Assembly (NCBI RefSeq): GCF_001194135.2
Contig: NC_068995.1
Coordinates: forward strand, 13,755,407 to 13,819,406
From: Octopus bimaculoides
Lineage: Eukaryota
Direction of reading: 5' to 3'
DNA: 64,000 nt
Positions 46,224 to 58,188 of this stretch are shown piece after piece. The notes under the pieces were generated by a model. It searched no databases and was not told where the DNA came from. It worked only from the letters and a program-made list of their open reading frames with translations. Position 1 is the first letter of the stretch. Each line of letters starts with the position of its first letter. The translations under genes were made by a program, and so were the position numbers.

Positions 46224-46325
46224 TACTTTAAAACAAGAAATTTGTATTATAGGACAAAAGGTGGTTTTAGGCAGATTACTATCAAAACGGTTAAAGAACT
46301 ACTATTGTGGTTGACTGTGATTTAA

Positions 46326-46544
46326 CCCTTTAACATTTAATCCAACTGTATCAGCCCAAATATTCAACCTGTTTTGTGTTCAAACTGACCAAATCCAAAC
46401 TCTCACACCTATCCTACAATATCATTCTAAAAATATACAAACACACCATTGAAATCTTGAAGCTACAAGATAATGCGTGACTAATTCAAAACAATGTGAA
46501 TAAATAAGCAATAGATTTGATAGAGTAATCTCAATGCTAAAGGT
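46326..46544. mobile_element. piggyBac-like MITE, same family in opposite orientation
   Basis: ttaa|ccctttaacatt ... aatgctaaaggt|ttaa. Confidence 0.7.
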
Positions 46545-49500
46545 TTAAAGGAGATTTAACTGAAATTTCTACGAAGTTTGTGTGTATTGTATTACTTATG
46601 GAAGACCTTGGTTAATAAAAAAAAAGGACAACAAAAAACACATACAGGATATGAGATTAATCAAAAGAGAGTGTTCCCCCACCTCAAATCACTGGAAGTA
46701 TGTTGGGATTAAAGACAATAATATTAGAATATTAGTAATTAGAATTTTTGTAAGTATTAAACAGCAGATTAGTAACCATCTTTAATAACATATAAATAAA
46801 AAAAAGTCCAAGGAAACCGATGACTGGCTGCATCAGCAATAATTATGTAGTGACATTCATAAGCTTCATTAAGTTTGTATGCTGTGGTGGGGAGAGGAAT
46901 CTGATGTTTCAGGATCAAATCTAGCTGAAATCATTTTTCTCTCTGTCTCAAAACATCAGACTTCTACCCCACTGCCCTATACAAACTATTCCATACCTAT
47001 GAGTTTCTTCAATATATGGAAATAGAGCTGATGTGGCCAAAAGGAATAGGTATTGGATTACTCTTTCAAAGGTGAAAAGTTCAAATCTAGTGCAAGAGGT
47101 CTGCTGTGTTCTTGGGCCAGAATATATTATTCTGTGTTGGCTTAGTTTACCAAGCTGATTGGAAATAGGCACTAGATCATTCTTTATCTCTCTCTCTCTT
47201 TTTTAATGTTACCTGTAATAAACAGGGGTTTTATATTATGGGAAGATTTATCTCACTTCATACCATGAACACATTTTTGTTCCTCTATTTTAACTGTGCA
47301 AGCAGAAAAAAAAATGACAAAAAAATGGAGACATTGGTCCTGTTGATCTTTCCTGCTTTAAATTAGTGCTTATAATAGTTTTCTAAAACAATTAGCAGAG
47401 AAGGGAAACAATTGATTGAATTAACACTAATAGATAACTGGTATTTATTTAATTGAACACGAGAAAGATGAAAGGAAAAAAAATTTGGAACTCAGAACAT
47501 AGAGAATAGAGAACTGGAACTTAATCCCAAAAGGTGTTTGTGTCCCTGTAGATTAGAGGTTCAGCAAAAGAGATCGATAGAATAAGTACTAGGCTTACAA
47601 AGAATAAGTCCTGGGGTCAATTTGCTCGACTAAAGGCGGTGCTCCAGCATGGCCACAGTCAAATGACTGAAACAAGTAAAAGAGGTGCATTTTTCATGCA
47701 ACTTGCAAGACAAAACCACACCAGAAAAAATGAAAAAGCTACCACTACTAAGAGGAAGTATTTGGGAGAGGAAAGTGGAGGTGGGTGGCTGTATGCTAAG
47801 TATTGAAAGGCTAAAGTTTGATAGAAGGATAAGCACAGGGGTCTTACTAAAGAGGAGATACACGGCTGAAGGAAGTGATAGGGTCCTAGAGCAAACTCTC
47901 AAGGAACAAGAAGGTGAACATAAGAGAGGACATGGACAGTGGATTATTGGGAGGAAATGAGAAGGTGAATGGTTTCATGAGAGTGCAAGGAGAGAATTGA
48001 TATCATTAGATATTTAATCCTGTGCTTCAATCATTCTGCTGTCCCAATCATTCTGAGATCAAAGGCGGTGAGCTGGCAGAAATGTTAGCACGCTGGGCGA
48101 AATGCTTAGCGGTATTTTGTCTATCTTTACGTTCTGAGTTCAAATTCCACCGAGGTTGATCTAATCGACTGCCCCACCCCCTCCTCCAAAATTTCGGGCC
48201 TTGTGCCTAGAGTAGAAAAGAATATTTCTGAGGTCAGTGAAGTATTAGACTGGGACTGGAGTCATTGTAATCAACTGTAGTCAGCCATAAAATTCGAGCC
48301 TTTGTGCCAATCAATATCAATGACTTGCTTGCTGTTTGTCTAACTACATACACTCCTTTGATGACACATTACACTATCTCCATAAGACAATCGACCTGAG
48401 CACTTCCTGCTGGGATTATGTTCTGAATGAATGGAGATGACAATCTAGTCTCGTTCACTAAACCTATTACTACTTCCACCACTATTCCCAAAACGCACTC
48501 TACATGAACCAAATGATGGTGGTTCAAGGTGGTTGCTTAATCTGCTAAAAGTAGCAACCACATCCCAGCCAAACCATAACCTATCTTCTTAAAAATAGGC
48601 ACACACTGGATAATGAAGCCTTGACATACTTTACTGGAGGAAAACAAACAAACAAACATGGGATAGTCATGGAGCTGATGTAGAGTGAAATACCACCACC
48701 AACATTAACAACACATACAGCGCATATCTTAAGAAGAAATTCATTATATTGACTATTATTATCATGATACCTTATGTAACCCAGTTCTGGAATTGGTATA
48801 CTGTGTCCTTGCATGTTGTAAGAAGCAACTAAAAAGGTTGGCAAAAGAAAGGGCACCCGATTGCAATGCACTGCATCAGAAAACCCATCTATCCCATGCA
48901 ATTATAGAAAAGATATAAAATAATGATGATGATGTCTCTTCTAAACAGTTTATCCCTTTTGATACAAACCCTCCTGTGACTGACCACCCCTAGTTCTAAT
49001 GATACAAACTTTTTATTTAAAGTGATTTAAATTAAAACATTGCATCAAAAATTCATATTAATTTGACAATCAAGCTTGACAATCATCAACATTATTTTAA
49101 TGTTTTAATGTGCAGTTTTCTATGCTTGCATGAGTTAGGTAGAGTTTTATTGAAGCAGATTTTCTATGGCTGGATGCCTATCTTGTTGCCGACCCCCACC
49201 TGTTTCCAAGCAAGATAATTTTCCCTATGGCAAGGCAGGTTTTCATGGAATACCGGAAATGAATGACATCCATTTACGACTATACCTGACATCAAGACAA
49301 GGACACACGCACAGAGCCTTTTTCAGTTTCCATCCACCAAATCCATTTGGTTAACCTGGAGTGATAGTAGTAGATATTTTCCTAAGGTAGCATGCAGTGG
49401 GACTGAACCCAGAACTATGTGGTTGGTAAGCAAATGGCCACACCTGCACCTGACAAAGTTATCTTACTAGATTCTTCATCAGTTTCAAAATTAATTGAAA

Positions 49501-52500
49501 TGAAATTAGTATATTTCATCAGAAGTATGGTAACAAAATGGTTAGGCTATCAAACTGATTGCACATGTCAAGCCTTGTAAGTTTTGATAATCTCTGAGAA
49601 CGATACAATAAGTTTCAAACAGCCAGAAGAATATTATAAAGGCAGAGTTTCTTTTTCAGAGCCAGAAAATCTTTTGGCTCAGAAACAACTCCTGGCTCTT
49701 CTTTTACAGTATGCAAATAAACACTGCATCAAAGTACTCTTCACAAAGTTGGGATAGAGTATCATTTATGCAGGAACGCACACATGTGCACACATATTCT
49801 AGGCAGCTGAGTGAATATGGATTTGAATTACCAGTTCATATTATATCTTGAAATTCCATTCTTTTATAGATGTTTTGTTGCATATACACAATTTTACTTC
49901 AGTTGATTTAGCAACCAAGAACAGATACCAGATTATTTTGGAATGTTATCTATGATAGACTGTTGTTCCTTCAAGGGGAAGGAGATTTATCACATCTGTT
50001 TAATATCAAGAGATCAGCCCTTAAAAGATATACAGAGGTTATGAGACATTTTACAGAAGTAAAACTTATATTATTTACATTACAAGTTGTTTGCCTGATG
50101 CTACAACTGCTAACCAAGCAGTCAAACTGTGTCTTACTGCTACCACAATGACCTCTGATCTTTTAACCTCACTATTTTGAACACCCCAAAAACTCATTTC
50201 ATATACATGCTTCTCTTTCTGACACTCAGTCATTTTTCCTTCCCAAGCTACGATAGCTTAAATTAGCATCATCATTTAACAACTGTTTTTCATGCTGGCA
50301 TGGGTTGAACAGTTTGACAGGAACTGTCCAGATACCACTTGTCTATTGTGGCATAGTTTCTATGGTTGGATGCCCTTTCTAACGCCAACCACTTTACAGT
50401 GCTTTTAATGTGCCACTGGCACAGGTGTGTTTATGCAGCACTGACACCTGTAAAGGACAAGCCTATATGTATGGATGATGAGGTCCTATATGTATGGACC
50501 TCCTTATTTCTATTCAACTTAGAACTGAAATTATTTAGTTAATAGTTAAATGGTATTCATGAAGTCAAAGTTCAACAGTTGAGAAGATTAATCCTGCTTA
50601 ACCTTAAAGGATTCTAGAGAAACCAGCATATCTAATACTTCTGCATTGATTCTAAGAAACTTAGCAGAGTTTTATCATTTTTATCAGACTAAAGTGTTTA
50701 ATGAAAAAGAATAAACTGCTTCCTTCTCAATGGCTTATAAATACTAGCTGACTTCCATTAAATGAAGTAGAATTGTATTAATGACCAAAACATAGATGTA
50801 CAACAAATGTTTATGGCGCTTGGTAGTTTACAATGCCATCAAGAAATAAAAACAAAAGTGAACAGTAACTAATGTTCCCCAAGGACAGGGTGATGGTGGC
50901 ATTAAACTGAGTAATGGATAACTCCTTTGATACCAACCTGGCTAACACAGCCTCAGGTTCAAATCCTGCTGAGGTTAGTTTTGCCTTCCATCTTTTGGGG
51001 ATCAATAAAATAGTACTAACCCAGAGATGGTGGATTGACTGAACTAAGTTTCTGGCAAGATTCTCTGGCTCTTTGTATTCCGCCAGCAACTGCTGCAATG
51101 ACTCTGGTACCAATCTGTATTGGCTCAAGTCAGCAATCCTTCCTTTGGAGATGGGCCACTGCCAATCTTCCTCAAAAGATTTTGCCTTGGATTACAAATA
51201 CAAGTGCAGATGTATGACCAGTCTTTACTGATGGAGACTCCAATACAGTAGGTAGAAATTCCATTATATTAGAACTTACTTTTATTTTGTCAAAGCTGTA
51301 TTCCAAACACTATTTTGACATCCTAATAAATATAAAAAGTAGTTATTTTATAAAGACTGTCCAAAATTTTGATCATTCTGAAAACTGAAACACAGTGGCA
51401 TTCTATGTTTGTAAGAGATATAGTAACAAAAGAGTTAATATTACAGGTTTTCTCTTTATCTGGATGTAAAAATAAATACCAGACTTTGCTCAGAAAGTTG
51501 CTTTGAAATAAACTAGTAGAAATTTCAGCATCAACCTGCCACTCAGCCCTGTTAGGGTTAATTGTGATTGGTGATATTTATGAAATGGCTAGCAGCTTAG
51601 CAAGAATTATCAAGATTTCATAAAAATTCCGCTTGACAACTGGTGTTGGTGTGTTTAATTTAGCAGTTTGGCAAAAGTGATCGATAGAATAAGTATTAGG
51701 CTTAAAAAAAAAGTACTGGGGTTAATTCACTCAACTAAAAATAGCTCAAGGCAGTGCCCCAGTATGGCTGCAGTCCAATGACTGAAAGAAGTAAAGGATA
51801 AAAGATCACTATTTTCTTGACACGGAACATAAGTTTCCTCAGAGATAATTCATGTTTGAAAAGCCCTTGAACTTCCATCTGAGGTGTAGAGATAACGAGT
51901 GCCTTAATGAATCGAGTACAACAATCCACAAAATGCTGTATTTGTTTGTGTACTATGTACACTTGTCAACAGACGTGACCAGGGTTACAATTTAAAATAT
52001 AAACATAAATAGGATTTTCATTGTAAGTTTATGATTGTTGTTTAGCAGACCTATGATCAAAAGCATTCCAGTTGTGGCCATCCCATTAATTATTGTGCCC
52101 CCTTTTTTTTTTTCATTTTTATAAGACGGTGGCAAGGGTGTGAGTTAAGAAAGATTTGACTACTATTTCTAACAGGTGGGGTGAGGACACATAGGGTCCC
52201 TCGATGGCTCGCTAAGTCAAGTGTTCCTCATAGGATTGTGGTGCTAGGAGGGTTGAACTTATCCAACACAATGACACATTAAAACTCCCGGCCCATGAGT
52301 CGCTCTTCCAACTTCTGCCGATTAAAAATAAAATATGTTCATGCGTCGAGTTCTAGTCATTGTTTGTTGTACTCAAAACACCTACAATATACGTAATCAT
52401 AAGTCCCGAAATTGTAAACTACGTCAGTGAACGAATATGGCACACCCGAATTTGACAGAGTGGCTTGTTATTGATCAGAGACTACACACCCAACTTTTCT

Positions 52501-54397
52501 CCCATTAACGATGAAAACTGGGAAGCGAAAATAGATATATGAGGTAATTCGATACAAACGAAAGTAACCACCTAAAAGTTTCTTTCAAGGGAACCCCTGC
52601 CAGGTTTTTCTACCTGTAAGAAATAGCTGTCAAATGTAAGCCCAAATTACATCCTATCGTCTTAAAAACAAAAATACTGATTGGATATGATCCACTACAT
52701 TTGAAAAATAAAAGCAGGTGTGATGGTCACGACTAGAATACCGTTTAGTCAAAGTTAATCTGGGGCTAAATTAAAACATATTTAACAGGGTGTTGACAGT
52801 GGTTGTCGTTATTTAGCACCAAGTCAGGTCTTTTTGAGCAGATCTACGGTCAAAGACAGTCCATCTGTGACCATGCTTTTTGTTTTTAATCTAGATGTAA
52901 TTTATTTAGGTCTGTGTACTTTCTCTTTCTTGGGTGTGAGGAGATTTGGTTACTATTTCTACCAGATCGAGAGACCACATAAAGGCTCCCTCGCCGGATC
53001 GTTCTTTTAGTGGTTGTTGTTGAACACCAAGTCAGTCTTGATCTGGCTGCTATTTCTAATAAGTCGAGCGACCACGCAGAGGTCCCCACCACATCGACGT
53101 TCTTTTGGTTAACTTAGAATGGGTGGATTTCGATGAAGGAAAAATGATAACTGACTATTCTGTCTGTGTGTTTATTGATAAACTGAATCTCATTGTAACG
53201 ATTTTCTTTCTTGCCACGAAGACCGATGAATGAATTAAGTTACCGCTAATTATTCCCCCTCCTTTTCTTCCACAATACATACACAATGCGGTTATAATCA
53301 TTATTGGAAATGTCAGCACCAACGACAACCAAACTCACTTCACACTCGATTCTCCTAGAAATTTAAGTCTCGGTTAAACAGACCATTTAGTATCATTTAC
53401 CAACACTTAGTGGTTCAATCCTTTTTTTCTGTTCTTTTGGTTGGAGAAACGAAGAATACGACAAACAATTAATAAGCAGACACTGCGGTTGGAGATTATT
53501 ATTATTATTATTGACACATATGATTGTCACATATTCTGTCCTTTTTCGACAAAGAGAAACCGAGCTGTGTGTCTCTTTAAATAGGTAAATATTTATGATT
53601 CACCAATGCCGATATGATTCGATAACTTAAAAAAGGAATTAGTAACTCAACAGTAAGAAGTCAAATATTATTTATGACCAAAGTAATCGAAGCTATTACA
53701 GATTTTTTTTTTGTAATTTTAAAAAGTTGAAGTAAATTTTCACAAGCAGAAAGAAAAAGGGAAGGAAACAAAAATGGAAAAAAAAGAGATTCTAGAAAAC
53801 GTAATAATACATAAATTGTTTTCATTTGTATCCAATCGAGGATAAAATAATTGAGGTAAGTTCATAGATGGCCGGAGTCTGCTAACACGTGCAAGGTAGA
53901 GAGAGAAAGAGAGAGAGAGAGATGTTGAAATATACACAGAGTTGAATTTATAGTCTTTCTCTATGGTGACAAAACTTCGGATTTTGAAAAACCAAAACTT
54001 CCTCTAGAAGTAGATATATTTCCTATTTGTAAAGACGAGTTACTAAATCAAAACAAAACTGCATTAGATCAAAAGAAAAAGTGTAAATAATTTGTCTTTT
54101 TCTATTAAAAATGGTTTCTGTTTATGTTAAAATGTCAATGTGGGTTCATTTAAAGACTTGAGAGACTAAGAATAAAATGGAACTTAGAAATGAGGAATAT
54201 ATATTTAGAAACAAACAAACCACTATTGGAAACAGTGGAGAGTAAAGTGGGTATACATTATAGATGGAACATTATTGCAGACATACAAAAGAAAAAATTC
54301 TATGAGAGGGTTTAAAATATTTCAAAAAATCAACAGAGTTTGGAGCGACACAGTAATAAAAACCTGTGTTTTTAGTAATACGAAAACCATATTCTAC

Positions 54398-54556
54398 CTC
54401 CATCGCTTGTCCCAATTCCAAGTCAAATGTCACAACACAAGCACAATGAAGCCAGTTTGAGAAACGGTCCCATGGTAATAAAGTAGGAGACTTAGAACTG
54501 GTGTCTGTGAACTGCCGAAGTACAGCAGTTTCGAAGTCTTCGTCCATAGCGGCCAT
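54398..54556 (-). CDS. DENND6A: DENND6 (FAM116) orthologue, coding exon 1 ([53 protein letters not shown])
   Basis: [25 protein letters not shown] matches the DENND6A/B uDENN N-terminal motif as I recall it (human [25 protein letters not shown]). 159 nt, 53 codons, followed by a phase-0 GT donor (GAG|GTAGAA). An alternative in-frame ATG lies at 54634. Confidence 0.93.
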
Positions 54557-54659
54557 TCTCCAAAAAAGCTGGTGGAGAAAAAAACGACCTTGACCATTAC
54601 GTTGTATCTGCCAGAGTTTCGCATCCGTTGGCATCCTAAGTAAAAATCTTCTTGAACGA

Positions 54660-55080
54660 AGCAAATAAAATTAAATTGAAGATAAAAAATCTTCTAAATA
54701 AATCTTAACCTTATTTTAAACAAGCTATTTGTAATATTACACATATGTATATATATGCATGTATATACATATATCTGTCTATATTTATGTGTGTGAATAT
54801 ATACATATACATGAATATGTGGAAGTGTTGGAGAAGGAAGTACTTGTATAGTCATGTAATATGTTGTGTGTGTGTGTGAAACTGCCGGAGGAGGAGGAGG
54901 AGGAAGTGCTTGTATAGTCATTACTGCTACTATCATTATCATTACTGTTATTATTACTACTCACAGTTATTTCCATCATCTCGCCAGTCAGTTGAAAACG
55001 AGGCTTTGGAATGATATTTAAACATGGCTGTCTCCTGATCAGTAAGGTTCACGACTAAAACAACTAAATGACGGGTATGT
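54660..55080. promoter_or_regulatory. Probable promoter of DENND6, possibly bidirectional
   Basis: Lies immediately upstream of exon 1 in CpG-retaining DNA. Three ETS-like GGAAGT motifs (54821, 54836, 54902), the last two within a 21-nt direct repeat. A YY1-like AACATGGC lies at about 55021 on the plus strand. Confidence 0.55.
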
Positions 55081-57143
55081 TACTTCTGCTTACATCTATA
55101 AATGCTTAATGGGAACATCCCATACTTTAGATATATCAGTAATGTATACATTGACTGCAATATTTCACCTTGGCTTTCGTTAACGGAATTTTTTTCTGTG
55201 ATGCGTCTTGTCTGATACAATATAGTTGTATGTTGTCTCTCACTCTCTCGTTGAAGACAACTGTCTCTTCTTGTCAAATATCTTGTAGGTCTTATATTTG
55301 TTATTCACTCAAAGCTTTGCTCTGGCACCACTAATACCCTCGCTGTCTGTTATGACATTTTAGGCTTCCATTAAAGAAACATGTAATTTATATTACATAT
55401 GGATTATACTAATTTCATTGAGCAACTTTAGATTTCTCTGTTGCGTTTAGCTTTTTATATGTATTTATTTTGATAGAAGAAAGTATGTCGGTAGCAGTGC
55501 TCTGTTTTGAGAACAGAAAGTCTCGACAAATTCATCCCCTTTTTTTATATTATTACAGAAGGCTTTTTAAAATAATCTCCCTCTTTGCAATTGTAACCTT
55601 TATTTTCACGTCACCTTCAATTCCCCTGTTAAATAAGTGTTTCTGTAGCTAAGCATTCACCTAAAATATAGACTGGTATTTAACAGGTATGTGCTGGCTG
55701 GTTTTCGCTTTCTTAAATTTCAGTTTTTAAATATATATTTTTTCTTTCCGGACATTCATTTTCTTTGTCCGTACAAACAATAAAAATAATTTCTCTAGCC
55801 GTAAAAATATTTCTCTTTGATATTCTATTTTTAACATAGTTTTCCTTCCACCTTGATTAAAAAAATCATTTCTTTCTAGTTCCATATATTTTTTTTAATA
55901 CTTTTTTTTTGTTAGTGTGTACACAGATATTATATTGCTTTATTTGTACTATTTTGTTTGTCTTTAACGTTTGAGAAATGTATATCAAGGTGTTAGGTGT
56001 GGGTCTTTCTAGGAAGTTCTTGGAGCAAGCAGTTGCAGTTACAGAAAGAAATAAAGAATCAGAAAACGATAGTGGTAGCTAAGTAGCTGTTGATATGTTA
56101 TGCAACTTCTTAATGAAACCCTATTGAAGTACGTATTTTCCTACTCATGGGTAGTCATTTATGAAAACTGACGAGAAATGAAATAAAAATAACACTTCTA
56201 TGTCTGCTTTCTGTTATTGCGTGTGTTTTGTGTGTTGTTTTGCCCCAAATCGACGAGGGTCGATCTAGCTTATGATATGATTAAAGGAATCCTAGCTATG
56301 AATAAACATCCCGTCTTTGTAAGAGGCATGTACCATTCATCTGTCTTACAACGGTAGTTTGTGTGTGTGTGTGATTTGAGGAATATTTCGGCTCAAATCT
56401 AGCAGGTTGAATGGTTTACGTACAGGCTCCCCTCGATGATTCGTTGTGCTTTTCCGTTCCGTTAAAGATGTTGAAGTGAGATCTAAGATCAAAACACCCA
56501 AATACTTACTCACCAGACTGCGATAATCATGAAAGCAATAGTTGTAGCATTTTGGAGAAAGAAGGGGGAAAAAAAGCCTTCGAATTCTTTCCACTTTTTC
56601 GTTGGTGTTTGTACACCATTTCTCGCATGAGTTTATTTCAATTCGTTTTTCTTCACTCCATATTAAATCAATAAGGGAGAGAGATGCTTTTTACATAGAC
56701 TCGCGATCTGCTAGAAAAAGCAATGAAATCTCCCTCGAATCACGCCCTACTAGCTTAGAATTGAAATGACACCTTGAATGCTGTAGACGTAGACATTAAA
56801 TCTGAAAAAGAAAGAAAAAAAATAGGATGGTCTCGGCTGGAATGCCTTTCGTTTTGTGTTTTGCTTGATTTGTGCTGACCTGGAAGCTCACCACCATCAA
56901 GTAGGGGGCATCTAAGTGGTCTCTCGACCTGCTAGATATAGCAGCTAAATCTCCTTTGCATCGTACTTTGTTGTCTCCAGAAAAAACAAGTTGGACAATG
57001 TAATGCCACATATAATATCTGGAATTAAGCTGGTCTGGCTGTAGTTGAAATTCTTAATCAAGTCCACACAACATAAAAATAACAAATATCATTTTCCCTC
57101 GTTATAGAATGTGTGTGTGTGCGTGTGTGTGTCATTATATTAC

Positions 57144-57181
<38 letters not shown>

Positions 57182-58140
57182 CCTTTCCGATCTCTCATTG
57201 TTTGGATTATTATCGTCATCATCCATGTGGTATTCCTTTCTCATAACCGTTTGACATTTGATACAATAGATANNNNNNNNNNNNNNNNNNNNNNNNNNNN
57301 NNNNNNNNNNNNNNNNNNNNNNNNNNNNNNNNNNNNNNNNNNNNNNNNNNNNNNNNNNNNNNNNNNNNNNNNNNNNNNNNNNNNNNNNNNNNNNNNNNNN
57401 NNNNNNNNNNNNNNNNNNNNNNNNNNNNNNNNNNNNNNNNNNNNNNNNNNNNNNNNNNNNNNNNNNNNNNNNNNNNNNNNNNNNNNNNNNNNNNNNNNNN
57501 NNNNNNNNNNNNNNNNNNNNNNNNNNNNNNNNNNNNNNNNNNNNNNNNNNNNNNNNNNNNNNNNNNNNNNNNNNNNNNNNNNNNNNNNNNNNNNNNNNNN
57601 NNNNNNNNNNNNNNNNNNNNNNNNNNNNNNNNNNNNNNNNNNNNNNNNNNNNNNNNNNNNNNNNNNNNNNNNNNNNNNNNNNNNNNNNNNNNNNNNNNNN
57701 NNNNNNNNNNNNNNNNNNNNNNNNNNNNNNNNNNNNNNNNNNNNNNNNNNNNNNNNNNNNNNNNNNNNNNNNNNNNNNNNNNNNNNNNNNNNNNNNNNNN
57801 NNNNNNNNNNNNNNNNNNNNNNNNNNNNNNNNNNNNNNNNNNNNNNNNNNNNNNNNNNNNNNNNNNNNNNNNNNNNNNNNNNNNNNNNNNNNNNNNNNNN
57901 NNNNNNNNNNNNNNNNNNNNNNNNNNNNNNNNNNNNNNNNNNNNNNNNNNNNNNNNNNNNNNNNNNNNNNNNNNNNNNNNNNNNNNNNNNNNNNNNNNNN
58001 NNNNNNNNNNNNNNNNNNNNNNNNNNNNNNNNNNNNNNNNNNNNNNNNNNNNACACACACACACACTTAGGAAATAGCTTTTCTTGCAGAAATTTGCAAT
58101 ATGCATAAACATTATTGCCTGTTTTTATTTATGTGCGCGA

Positions 58141-58188
<48 letters not shown>

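Noticed and set aside
55978-56082. 34-codon plus-strand small ORF MYIKVLGVGLSRKFLEQAVAVTERNKESENDSGS near the promoter
   Set aside because: No homology recognised, and the length is within chance expectation.
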